A stretch of 44,835 nt of DNA, filler included, from Catajapyx aquilonaris (lineage: Eukaryota), in assembly GCA_000934665.2 (NCBI GenBank). It is 2 parts of 2 records of this genome, joined end to end, with 100 filler letters (N's around TTAATTAATTAA, not from the genome) between each part and the next. Parts side by side here need not be neighbours in the genome. Positions count along the whole stretch, not along the records: positions 1 to 22,385 come from JYFJ02005875.1; positions 22,486 to 44,835 come from JYFJ02005876.1. One strand, 5' to 3'. A model generated the notes under the pieces. The model ran no database searches and had not been told where the DNA came from. It was given only the letters and a program-made list of their open reading frames with translations. A program made the position numbers and the translations under genes. Below are positions 14,762 to 26,269 of the stretch, one piece after another (within the stretch, counting starts at the first letter, position 1; each line of letters starts with the position of its first letter).

Positions 14762-16750
14762 ACTTCGTAGGAGTTATTGCTTCATTACGAGGAGACCTAT
14801 GAACATGTTCATAACACATTATATTGAACATAATTTCATGCAGGGTGACACCATGTCCAAATCTCCAAAAGAAGGGCATAGATGCTCTGTATATAGGCTG
14901 TGTACAATACACACTATTATACTAATAAATACGCCTTTTTTACTTCAGCATTACCGAATCTACGATTTCAAACGTCCTATTTAATGTCTCTGTCTCTATA
15001 AAGTGAGTGATGACCAATAGTTTCACAACTATATCTGTTCTCTTCCTCAGACGCAGGACAGAGCTCCTGTTCACATAAACCCCCTGGAGGAGGAGGAGCA
15101 AGAAATGCAGAGAGGACCGCTCGAAGGAATATTGAAGCACCATCATCACCGTCATGTGCGATTAAACAGACTAAATTTTTTTCATATAATGCGTGTTGTG
15201 CCCATATCTGTGGATCGGAAAAAACAAAAACAAGCTTGCTAATTAAAAAACCTTAATTATTATCCCTCAATAAATTCTTCCTCGTTGAGATTCCAGGTCA
15301 ATTACGAGTAATTTCGGTGTGCCAGGTCTTCGGGTGCCAGGTCTTCAGGGAGGCAAGTACAGTATATTATTTGAAGGAAATTTAGAATCAAAAAGGCTTC
15401 AATTTTATAGCATGTCATTGCATCTAAACATTAAAATCCGTTACTCAAGTATTCGTTCGAGTTAAACATTGGCCTGTATTACAGTACTAGCTAATTTACC
15501 CGCATATGCAGTAGATATTTGTCATGTGTTGCATTGGTCTAGTGGCTCATATGGAGCTAATAATGGCAAAAAAAATTGAATCTAGATAATGTGCGTCATA
15601 CCTGATTTTCAGACAACTTAGTTCACAACTGCATCAGGTACTATCAATCTCGTTGAACCATTCGCAATGCTTAATTGTAACCAGGAACCTCCCATTAAAT
15701 GTGCATACTAAATGTTTCAAACAGTCGGCATTATTAAGTTATTATGTTTTCTTTTAACTGATCCACGTTCATATTTTAGATAGTTTTTTTTGACAATTTT
15801 TAATCCTTCATTTTGTACTCGTCAACACTACAGGATTGTACCATAGTAGGTGAGCGCTTTCTGGACATATACTCGAGCAGAGTTAGTTATCTTTTTTTCA
15901 TATTAATTTCTTCATATCAATTTATTATTGGCTCTCGCAGCGATCCACAAGTATTTTTTCAATAGAGCAGGATTTTATCTATGACAAGTTTTAAGCGCTC
16001 TAAAAACAATGTGTATGCATGGTATACACAGCAAATTGTGTATACTGCATTGTACTAACTAATGTACATAATGCAGCACACAATGTGCATTTTGTTTAAA
16101 TCGCAACGCTGTGTACCATGGATACACGTTTCTTTTGAGAGAGTACCCCTTGAAGTATCAGTTCGAGAGTAACATCCTGTGATGATGGGGGTGGCGTACT
16201 GCAGACAGAATAATTTGGGAACAGTTTCTTATAATTTTTTGTTTGTTTTTGACTAGTGTGAGAGTCGATGCTCTTCATGTGTGGGAATCTATTATTTTCT
16301 TTTAGTGGACATGTCCCTTTTTAGACCTTCTGTAGCAGGTATAGGGTGGCCATTTCCAAATCTTCAGAAAGAAGGACACAGCTGGTAGGTATAAATATAT
16401 GCTTTATACAATACAATACATTGTGTGACCCCTGACCTCGGGTCACACCCTGACTCGCTCAGTAACGCAGGTTCAGTTGAAGATGTCAGACTGGGAGAAA
16501 AGGGTGGAAGAAGTGGCGGGGAAAACTGGAAAAGCCGCGAAAATAATGGTTTCTGATAACATACTGTATAATGAATATGCCTTTTTTACTTGATATAACT
16601 GAAACACAAATTATCACATTCTTTTACTTAACACACTAATGAGGCTAAAAAATGTAACCTAAATCAAATATTTTATGGTGATTGTTGAATTTTGTGGCGC
16701 CCTTTCTTTGTACAATAAGTACATGCTGGAGAGAGTGTCAGTATCGAAGT

Positions 16751-16815
16751 AGCGCAGTGGTCTAGTGGTTAAGACTCTCTCTTCGTAACCCGAAGGTTGA
16801 AGGATCGAATCCTGA
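16751..16815 (+). other. Degenerate tRNA-like (Pol III A/B box) cassette 1 in the left arm; mirrored at ~18827-18890 on the - strand
   Basis: A-box TGGTCTAGTGG (16758) and B-box-like GGATCGAATCC (16802) at tRNA spacing; stems are degenerate. Confidence 0.6.
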
Positions 16816-16950
16816 AAAAGGAAGACTTCGTTTCTTTTTATCGCTATGGACCTTTGTCTCTGCCTGACTTCATCTCGCATCTTACATTTATTTCTCTTTG
16901 AAGTGCATCTGGTAAATAGGCTAGACCTTCTTGCCACCCACAGTTTCGTT

Positions 16951-17028
16951 GAAGCAGAGCGTGGCTCTGTGGAAACGCGTCGGACTCTCGATCGAAGGGT
17001 CCTGGGATCTAATCCCGGGGCTTCTTCG
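16951..17028 (+). other. Degenerate tRNA-like cassette 2 in the left arm; mirrored at ~18612-18690 on the - strand
   Basis: A-box-like TGGCTCTGTGG (16962) and B-box-like GGATCTAATCC (17005), with a T-stem-like CTGGG...CCCGG. Confidence 0.5.
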
Positions 17029-20000
17029 GTTGTGGTCAGACAAAGAAAAAAAAATTTGCAGCCGACATCTCTGGCCAAGATGGCGACTGTTTCTCCGGTG
17101 AAACATCTTCCGAGTTGACACTTGGAGGATGTGGAGGAGAAGGGGGGAGGGGTGGAGAGGGGGAGGAAGAGGGAGGAGGTGAGAAAATTTTTTTTTTTTG
17201 AAATTTTTAAGACACCTGCTTAATGGGAGGGGGCGGTCACTTTTTTCGAAGGAAAAAGTCTTAAATTTAATCATTCAAAAAATTGAAGAATTCAGGTTTG
17301 TGTGGGCCATCCCCAGCCCCCACCCTACCACTGCCCAAGTGGGTGCATTTACCTTATACCTGGGAGTTCCATTCTCAAACCTATCACCCCTCCAAATATT
17401 TAATCCTACAATTTAAACTATAGATCCTATAAAATAAGCAGCACATACAAATGATTCGGCACAATTTTTAGGTCATTTCCAATGGGTTGTTTCAGGCTGA
17501 CCTTTGACCTGAAAGGCCCTAATATTAGGTTTTTGGTCAGGGGAGAGGCCCCAACTCGATCTCCATCTGTCGGGTCTCTCGTAATGAGACTGTACAGAGC
17601 ACAGTACATAGATATACAGTATATATCTCTCGATGTGAGGTAGTATCCCCTAGCCAAATGTAGCAGTCCCAGTAGGCTGGTATCAGTATGACTGTGACGT
17701 AGGCGAGTGGTCACCTCTTGGGGTCATCAGGACGGACATTCGGCATCACCGTTTCGTGGCATTGCTTTATGGATTAATAAAATAATAAATCCCCACCCGC
17801 TTCTGCTGTGGGTGCTGGAGATGCGCAGATCGTTCGACGCGGTTTTAGATAGGCAAATTTTCGTGTAGGCTTGGTCACCTTCCAGTCTCTTTGACCTTAC
17901 ATATTCCCCCTTTTCCGCCCCCGCCCCGCTACCCACAAGGACAGGCGGACTGCTACAGTACATTTGGCTGCCAGGCTAGGGGCATACCACGGGGCATACT
18001 ATCTTCACATCGAGAGATATATACTGTATATCTATGTACTGTGCTCTGTACAGTCTCATTACGAGAGACCCGACAGATGGAGACCGAGGTAGGGCCTGGC
18101 CCCAGACCAAAAACCTAATATTAGGGTCTTTCAGGTCAAAGGTCAGCCTGAAACAACCCATTGGAAATGACCTAAAAATTGTGCCGAATCATTTGTATGT
18201 GCTGCTTATTTTATAGGATCTATAGTTTAAATTGTAGGATTAAATATTTGGAGGGGTGATAGGTTTGAGAATGGAACTCCCAGGTATAAGGTAAATGCAC
18301 CCACTTGGGCAGTGGTAGGGTGGGGGCTGGGGATGGCCCACACAAACCTGAATTCTTCAATTTTTTGAATGATTAAATTTAAGACTTTTTCCTTCGAAAA
18401 AAGTGACCGCCCCCTCCCATTAAGCAGGTGTCTTAAAAATTTCCAAAAAAATTTTTTCTCACCTCCTCCCTCTTCCTCCCCCTCTCCACCCCTCCCCCTT
18501 CTCCTCCACATCCTCCAAGTGTCAACTCGGAAGATGTTTCACCGGAGAAACAGTCGCCATCTTGGCCAGAGATGTCGGCTGCAAATTTTTTTTTCTTTGC
18601 CTGACCACAACCGAAGAAGCCCCGGGATTAGATCCCAGGACCCTTCGATCGAGAGTCCGACGCGTTTCCACAGAGCCACGCTCTGCTTCAACGAAACTGT
18701 GGGTGGCAAGAAGGTCTAGCCTATTTACCAGATGCACTTCAAAGAGAAATAAATGTAAGATGCGAGATGAAGTCAGGCAGAGACAAAGGTCCATAGCGAT
18801 AAAAAGAAACGACGTCTTCCTTTTTCAGGATTCGATCCTTCAACCTTCGGGTTACGAAGAGAGAGTCTTAACCACTAGACCACTGCGCTACTTCGATACT
18901 GACACTCTCTCCAGCATGTACTTATTGTACAAAGAAAGGGCGCCACAAAATTCAACAATCACCATAAAATATTTGATTTAGGTTACATTTTTTAGCCTTA
19001 TTAGTGTGTTAATAAGTAAAAGAATGTGATAATTTGTGTTTCAGTATATTCTTAAAAAATATTCGTGTGCCAAAAACAAACAAAAAAACCTGTTATGATT
19101 TCCGTAAAAACTGGCCACAGCCGCTCCCTTCCGTTCCTATCCTATTCCAAAAAGCAAATAAAATGAAAGCAAAGCAAGCAAAGAGTTCCAGTCACAACAA
19201 AAATTTCCCCCCTAAAGAGCCGCCGGCTGATAACGGGGTATGAATTATTATTACTGTTGCCCATTTTTTTTGGCTTCCAAAAATGGGAAATTCGCTGGAA
19301 TTGTTGCATACGTGCCCAAGGTGACTACTTTGAAGGTGGCAAATGTTAATGTTTTCATGAACAACTTTTCGATCACACCTCGTACACTTTTAAATTGTGT
19401 TCTTTTCATGACAACTATTCACATGGCAATCAATGATATACATGAGAGCTTCATTGGTACTAAAAAAATAACCAAGTATTATGTACGGTCGGGCACGGGA
19501 GAGGGTCCTGGCCCTTGGGACAGGGGGGGGGGGGTGACACCACGAGTTGCCGTACCGGGTGACAACAACACTAGCGACGCCACTGCTTAAAACATTCGCA
19601 TTCCTGGGCAAGTACTTCAGCAACCACCGGAGTAATAATGGTGGTGCCACCCTTGAATCTTTCTCTATAGCCATCCAAACTATTTCTGACTCCATAGATC
19701 CCAAGAGAACCATCGCGACCTGCCAGCGTCCTCCTCACACCCCTGCCTACTATTTTGATTTCCTCACCCCGATTAAAATCACTCGTTTACTGATCAACCT
19801 TCGCCATAGTTCACCTATAGTTTATCCTTGTTAGGACAGAATTTATTTCGACAGTGAGTAAGTCTGTTCCTGGTGTCATGTAAAAGAGCCCTTCTCACTA
19901 TATCATTTATTATATGCCCACCCTTTGTTTCGCACTCTCCGCCACTCTCGTTTCTTTTTAATCTCCCATATGTCAGACTCAGACTCTCTAGCTGGTTCAA

Positions 20001-22385
20001 TAGAGTTCAGTCAATCATACTACAGAACTGATTCTGCAGAGTATGATCTTTAAATAAATAAATATATACATACATACATAAATAAGGTTGTGCTATTAAT
20101 GATTAGTATTACCTCTGACAGTATCACCCATTGTTCTGATAATGCCAATATTAACAGATAAAAGTAACTGCCATGCACAGTGTAATCCTGGGCCCAGGAG
20201 GAAATGTCCGAAGTAAGTTTAAGGTATAATTGAGGGGTCATGGGTGCTGGGGATCAAGGAGGGAAAAACACAATATTAGTAATCCTATAACAATGACATG
20301 CAGCATTCTCCGCTTCTCAGCTTCCGCCGACGGCTATTTCTGTAAGCAATCAGACTTTATTGTATTAGTGGTGGCGCCATACTAATATTGGCATTATCAG
20401 AAGAAATTTATATTATTAACTGGTGACTGGTGTTATTACAGTCAGCACAAATAATGCAAAGCACTTGCACTGTATTAGTAAAGAGAGCCTCTGAGTTTAG
20501 GTTGGCATGTGCCAGTCAGGAGATGTCGATTATTTAGGTGCGTCCCAAGAATGAAATTCAAAAGTCTGAGGTTCAGTTTGGTTAACACGGTAGTGTGGCA
20601 GAAATGCATATGTCAGCAGCAGGCAACATGACATGGGCTGCATCGTTTCAATAATTTACATGACGGATTTATTCGGTTAGTCCTGCACACAAAAGCAGCA
20701 ACGTAATAATTATGTCCTCGTCTAAAATGTCTAATGCGCCATTATGTCAAAAAAGAAGGGTATGCCCTGTGAGTAAACCTAATATTGAATGCACTTTGCT
20801 TAACCCCACGGGCCGCCCCGGGGCCAAACAGGAAACCCGGGGGTGTACTCGTCTCTTCCGGCCATCTTGTAATTCGGAATCAAGATGGCGTCCTTTTTCT
20901 AGCATCCTCCCCGCTTCGATGATGCTTCAATGCCGCCATCTTTTTTTATTGTGATGCGAGGCTAGCCTCGCACACCAGCCCCTATCGCCCCTGCCATGGA
21001 CATAAATTCCCAACCAAGCCAGATCACGCCCTCAGCCCGAGCTCTACGATACTCTTCTAGCCTCTAACTATAGTCTAACGCCACGTCCGCCCCCCAGCAA
21101 AGTTGACTGCGAATAAAGAATGTGGCTTACCACCTATACTTACTTTGATTAGCACAAGGTTCGCGGTGGCGACCATTGACCCCGGGTTCATTGGCCCAGT
21201 GTTCTGCCCAATATCACAGACGCGGTTCCTGCCCCTCTGTTGGCCACCAACCCAGAAGTCATTGGCCCCGGGGCTAAGAGGGGGGTCACTGATCGCTAAC
21301 AGGCATCACCTCCGACTCGCCTGGAACCGCACAGATGAAAGGGGCGAATTCCGTCCTTCCCCAGCTATTATCTGTCACTTCCTCGATCCTCATTGGTCAA
21401 GAAAGACCGCGCAACTAGCCCCCATCCAATCCCGTAGTCCTAACGTCACGATCTCCCGCCAAAATAAGCCCGCCATCTTGCCTCACTAACGCCATTACCG
21501 GCCATGACGAACAAAAAGTTAAGCATATTTGGACTACCGCTACATGATCGTATGCTGCCGCACAGTGTATCGCTGGCACCTAAGCACCGCTTGGCAAATA
21601 ATCTATATGAGTAAACCTGAGTGTACTTTGACTAACCCTAGGGGCCGCCCCGGTGTCCTAGCCTCCACATTCAACGATATTTCAATGGCCCCAATTATTG
21701 TAGCCTCGCACAACAGCCCCCCACCATTATTAGCACCTGCTGCTGCTGCCCTGCGCATAATTTTCAAACAACCCAAATATTTCCCCCATCAACTGCCCAT
21801 GATTTCCAAACAGGTCCAATCTCGCCGAGTTGCGGCAATAAACCTCGGGTGCGAAAAAAAAGTGACCTACTTATTATGATCGGCCCAGGTTCAGCGCCAG
21901 CTTCATCCCGATGTGAAGGGACGCGTCGTCTTCCCCGTTATTGGCCATCGACCCCCTCGAGTTCACGGGCCTCTAGACCGGGGGGGTTGACTGACCTCAG
22001 CGCAGCCCAGTGCGTCTGATCCGTTCGGGGTCGGACGCCTTCCTCGACAGCAGTGCCATCTTGCTACAGTCCCTGACAACCTTGCCTCACTCACGCCTCT
22101 CTCGGTACGTAGTTATAAATATATGTTACAGTATCGTATCAAATGAACATGCTGTTGCAACACTGTGCTATGATGGTGACAATTTGGGCACCATACTTTT
22201 CAGGAGGGGAAGCCTTTATCCTAACTACGAGGCTTACAATGCGCCTCAGACGTTCGCAAGGAAGCCTGACAAATAGGATGAAATAGCTGCGTATTCCTTA
22301 ACCCTACCTCGGCTCAACTGGCGCGTCCGAATGCGCATCACCGCTCTCCCGCCGTGACGTCACATGCGGGTGTTGGACGCGCTCT

Positions 22386-22485
22386 NNNNNNNNNNNNNNN
22401 NNNNNNNNNNNNNNNNNNNNNNNNNNNNNTTAATTAATTAANNNNNNNNNNNNNNNNNNNNNNNNNNNNNNNNNNNNNNNNNNNN
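22386..22485. other. Assembly gap / contig joiner
   Basis: 44 N + TTAATTAATTAA (22430-22441, stops in all six frames) + 44 N, exactly 100 nt. Confidence 0.95.
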
Positions 22486-22816
22486 CTCCCCCCCCCCCCC
22501 TGAAAACATTTCTGGAACCGCGCCTGGGCCAAGGTCGGGATGTTGTTTATCAATGGTGACAATAACTCCATGGACGTTTATGAACAAATAAGTAAAATAA
22601 TTTCGGTTTTTTAAACGAGGTCCTTACCGCTGCCGTCAGATATGAGAAGATCCACTTCCCCTTGCAGCGAGAAAAAAACGCAGTGGTACCAAAATATCCC
22701 AACAGGTGGAGTTGGAATGCCGTTCCTTTTTCCCCCTTCCCCCAACGCCACCTCTTGGATGCTTTCGGTAACACTTGCCTTTTTTTTCTCGCCTCAAGGG
22801 AAGTGGATAATGAGTT

Positions 22817-23163
22817 GTTTTTTTTAAATTTACCCCGTGCCAGGCATCAATGGCCTATTTGGGGGGTGGCACACCACCATCAGTTTTCTCTGTCATTTTT
22901 TTTCTTCAGTCACCGGTGCAAGGAGTCAAGGATGTAGGGTAGGGGTAGGGATTTTTGGGGAGGGAACATGGGGTGCAAGGGCAATGCCTACAACTGGGTC
23001 ATGTGCTGTCCCCCAGGAGGTTAGGTTGCCAGACACCTCCTTGGTGCAGGTCAGAGACCCTCCCGACGCAGGTGAAAGGCAAGTTCCCCAGGCGGGGATC
23101 GAACCTGGAGCCTTTCACTCAGCAAGCCGTGACGTTACCATCACGGCCACCACACCTCCCCTC
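22817..23163 (-). mobile_element. tRNA-derived SINE (~347 bp) with a 16-bp target-site duplication
   Basis: TSD AAGTGGATAATGAGTT at 22801-22816 and 23164-23179. Minus-strand head has A-box GTGGCCGTGATGG and B-box GGTTCGATCCC; A-rich tail near 22817. Confidence 0.85.
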
Positions 23164-23379
23164 AAGTGGATAATGAGTTACGGTCCTCTCACATCTGACG
23201 GCAGTTACTGGCATCCCCAGTGGGAAGAGTTGGTAAGCAGGATCAGCCGCGATATTCAGCACTGAACCCCGGGCTAGGCCGAGAACGTCAAAAGAAAGTG
23301 GCGGGAAGAATGAAACCAGTCGTTGATCATCTAATATGATTTTTTAAATTGTAGTTATTTATTTATTTATTAAAATGAT

Positions 23380-23416
23380 CGCGGCCACCCGCGACCCCCC
23401 AGGTTGGGAACCACTG
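23380..23416. mobile_element. Terminus of a hAT (Charlie-like) element
   Basis: Ends in GCGACCCCCCAGGTTGGGAACCACTG, matching the CAGTGGTTCCCAAC-type hAT terminal repeat. No partner end identified. Confidence 0.5.
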
Positions 23417-23740
23417 ATCTAATACAGACACTGCCAAGTTCCATTGGCTGTTTATAATAAAGGGAAGTTATGAGCAGTTAGAAAAACGTGGTCGGAAAGT
23501 GTGCATATGATTTAGATACATGTGCGATTGCATGCGAGTAGAGGCGGTAGAGGTTGTGAATTTCTGTTCACACATTAATAAATTGTTGTTGTTTTTTAAA
23601 TTGCATGGGTCAAGATGGGTATGTTGAGGTGGGCAAATGCATATTTCCCAGCCAATGCAAAGGTGGGATTGCAGATTGGTCGCAGGATATAGGGAATCAC
23701 GGATAAGTGAATGCACGGAGGAACGGGTGGCTATTTAATA

Positions 23741-24283
23741 CAGGGTGGACCAACTTCAAGTGTCGTTTTATAACGGCTATTATTAGAAGAGCTTTAAGAT
23801 TGACGTATCAGCGACGTGTAAAATGGCCCACTTCGGCGCAACGAGATAGAATAGGGTAGAGGCCATAATGGTCGGACATCTTTGAAGCAAAATGGCGGCC
23901 ATCGGGCGGCCATGCCACTTCACGGCAAGAACTTTGAAATTGTAGTATCGCTAACCCTGTTCTCCTCTCCTGCCTCCTGGCGGGACTAGGAAGAAAAGCC
24001 TGTCTGGGGACGTTTTTATTTATTCCCACCCCCCGCCAGGAGGCAGGAGTGTAGACAGAGGAGAACAGGGTTAGAAATACGGCTATTTCAAATGAGCGCA
24101 TGTTCTTGCCGTGAAGTGGCATGGACGCCAAAGATCACGTGACCTTTACGGCCTCTACCCTATTCTATCTCGTTGCTTCGGCGCCATCGAAAGTGGGACA
24201 TTTTACACGTCGCTGCTACGTCACCGCAAAATCACCGCTATTAATCGCCGTTATAAAACGACACTTGAAGTTTGTCCACCCTG
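23741..24283. mobile_element. Tc1/mariner-type MITE (543 bp), largely palindromic
   Basis: TA|CAGGGTGGACCAACTTCAAGTGTCGTTTTATAACGGC ... GCCGTTATAAAACGACACTTGAAGTTTGTCCACCCTG|TA. Internal segments are also inverted (AACCCTGTTCTCCTCT...CCTGCCTCCTGGCGGG vs CCCGCCAGGAGGCAGG...AGAGGAGAACAGGGTT). Confidence 0.92.
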
Positions 24284-24287
24284 TATA

Positions 24288-25231
24288 TGGAAGATACTCC
24301 ACCAGTCATGACGTCACAGGTGAGTGGGGCGGAGCAGGGCCTTGGCGGAGGAAGGGTTATGACGCCTCCCCCTGTCCTCCCCTGGCCTCCCCTGTCCCAC
24401 CGGTTCATTGCAGTAGCCGCGGTTTTTCATTAGCTATTACTGGCAAATCGCTGCAACTCAGCAACAGCTATCGCACGTTTGGCCAGAATTAATGACTTAT
24501 GGACTTTTTGGCTACGTATTCGTCATTCTTCCGACGCCGTACTTTCACCTATACTCCTATAGGCCTGCATACGCGGAAGATAGGGCTGTATCCGCAAGGA
24601 AGGAAGGTTAGGTTAGGTTGGGTTGGGTTGGGTTAGTACACCGCCTACCCCTGTGTATCCGCTGAAGATAGGCTGTATCCGCTGAAGGTAGGTCTGTATC
24701 CGCAAGGAAGGTAGGTTAGGTTGTCTTAGTACATCGTACCCCTACCCCCTGCCACATGAAGCAGTGACAATATTAATATTCCAGGACTAAAATATTAACA
24801 CGCTTGCTCATGGTGATAATTATTATAAGAGACCGGTTAGGAACGAGTCCAGCCAGGAACGAGACCAGCCATGAACGGCGTCGTAGTGTAGTGGTTAGGG
24901 CCTACAAATCAGAGGGTCATGGGTTCGAACCCATGCAGACGAGGTTATTTTTAACCCCCGTTTTCTCCCATTTCTTTTTGTTTTCCTCACATTACTTTTT
25001 ACTCCCCTGCTTACTAATTTATTTACTTTCGCAAACAACTGAGAGAAAACTTGACATCTATTTTAATTGCATGATGCCAAGTTGCCAACACTCTATCATG
25101 GAATAGCGGATAACATCAGCTGCTACTGAGTCGCCTAATACCATAATAGCTAATAGTTGCTGGCTAGCGGCTACGCGCTACGAGCCTAAAGGCAGGCACC
25201 GGTGACGTCATGACTGGTGGAGTATCTTCCA
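24288..25231. mobile_element. Non-autonomous TIR DNA element (~944 bp) flanked by TA repeats, with internal cargo
   Basis: Perfect 30-bp TIR TGGAAGATACTCCACCAGTCATGACGTCAC / GTGACGTCATGACTGGTGGAGTATCTTCCA. Internal GTATCCGC tandem repeats and GGTTAGG/GGTTGG runs (24580-24725), plus a tRNA-like segment. Confidence 0.85.
24873..24950 (+). other. Degenerate tRNA-derived segment (SINE-head-like) inside the TIR element
   Basis: A-box TAGTGTAGTGG and B-box GGTTCGAACCC with T stem ATGGG/CCCAT; shortened anticodon arm; followed by TTATTTTT. Confidence 0.6.
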
Positions 25232-25341
25232 TATATATTAAATCGCGAACGGGTGGGGGTGGGGGGTTTGAATATGATTGGGATCATCACTGGCAATAAG
25301 TCCGAAGCGATTGAGAATAGGGCGGGCACTGTAGGCCGCAA

Positions 25342-25425
25342 GCCTAGAAAAGAGCGAGCGAAGCGAGTGGTTTTCTAGGCCAGCGCCCTAGGAAAATGCG
25401 AGCGTATAGCGAGGGTTTTCCTAGT
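25342..25425 (+). mobile_element. Tandem Helitron-like 3' termini
   Basis: Two hairpin units, GCCTAGAAAA-GAGCGAGCGAAGCGAGTGG-TTTTCTAGGC and CTAGGAAAA-TGCGAGCGTATAGCGAGGG-TTTTCCTAG|T, the second ending in CTAG followed by T. Confidence 0.5.
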
Positions 25426-25485
25426 ATTAGGCTATTATTAAATTGCTAGGTTTGTTCCTTAGTTGTAGGACTTGCTGTATCTCAC

Positions 25486-25716
25486 CTGTAAGATAGCCTG
25501 TATAGTGTCTCCCTCTTGCATAAGCAAGGAGGCAGGGGTAGCATGCACTTTCAGCAATTTCTTGACCATTGTACAAGAAATTAACATTGGACCTCAGCAG
25601 CCGGCAATAAATGCTCTTCCTACAGTCGAACCTCTGACAGAGGAGACATGGACCAATATGTCCACGACTATTGCTACTACTTTTATGGCTACATTATCAG
25701 TATGTACCATACCTTG
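25486..25716 (-). pseudogene. Degenerate SUMO-like domain downstream of the intact unit
   Basis: MVHTDNVAIKVV...GSTVGRAFIA, then LLRSNVNFLYNGQEIAES [4-nt insertion] ATPASLLMQEGDTIQAILQ|gtgag. Confidence 0.7.
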
Positions 25717-26269
25717 AAATATATTTTGACATGTCTTTCTTTAGATGCACCACCCACTTTTGTGGTGGCTTGGATAGTGGCTCCCTCCCGCATTCCCAAG
25801 GAGGCAGGGGTATCACTTCCAACAATACGTTGTCCTTTATGTAGAAAATTCACATCACACCTCAGCAGCCCCTGGAAATTGATCACATCATGACAATAAT
25901 TCCTGAGTAACATTCCATGCAGTCCTGAGCAAGCTATATGACAACACAGCATCCTCAGGCTATCACCAGTGTACGAATAATTCTCAAGTAAAAGATCAGA
26001 GAGATGAAGCTGATACTGACCCAACGGACACACAATGTATCCATCAACTTCTCCAATGACTGCTGCTTCCTCATCCTCGTCTCCCACCTCAGGGAAACGC
26101 TTCCAAAGTTTAACGGGATGCTACCCAGGAGAGGCTTCAAGTCATCCTGTGGATGGAGTGAGGGAAAATATAACACAACAATCAAGCCTAGTTCACACAT
26201 GCTCATCACCTGCTGGGCCTTTTCACGCTGGTCATCTACTTCATCGCTGCCTCCAGTTGAGTTGTCCAT
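25689..26269 (-). CDS. Divergent SUMO-like protein (three exons; 122 aa if the last exon reads to its stop)
   Basis: Exons 26269-26210 (MDNSTGGSDEVDDQREKAQQ), 26146-26021 (DDLKPLLGSIPLNFGSVSLRWETRMRKQQSLEKLMDTLCVRW) and 25871-25689 (GLLRCDVNFLHKGQRIVGSDTPASLGMREGATIQATTKVGG+ASKERHVKIYFKVWYILIM*), with phase-0 GT-AG introns. Aligns by eye to SUMO L.KLM.AYC.RQ|G....RF.F.GQRI....TP..LGME..D.I....QTGG. Confidence 0.72.

Larger units (their letters stand above)
16598..19045. repeat. Long inverted repeat: arms ~16598-17669 and ~17947-19045, spacer ~280 bp
   Basis: Mirror-image ORFs in the track (16659-17078 - vs 18562-18981 +; 16846-17118 + vs 18522-18794 -; 17198-17416 + vs 18227-18511 -). Direct reverse-complement match from ACTGAAACACAAATTATCAC (16598) to GTGATAATTTGTGTTTCAGT (ending 19045). 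Confidence 0.97.

Noticed and set aside
16659..18981. Paired 72-139 aa ORFs in the inverted repeat
   Set aside because: They are mirror translations of the arms, with no motifs, overlapping tRNA-like and low-complexity DNA.
19390..19990. Possible LINE RT relic (PPLLLRWLLKYL) on the - strand
   Set aside because: A single weak motif; other RT domains could not be recovered by eye.
20134..20402. Perfect 20-bp inverted repeat TTCTGATAATGCCAATATTA
   Set aside because: Isolated and AT-rich with no TSD; at most a MITE relic.
24600..24725. Interstitial telomere (TTAGG)
   Set aside because: Only a few mixed TTAGG/TTGGG units inside a TIR element; too short to indicate a fusion site.
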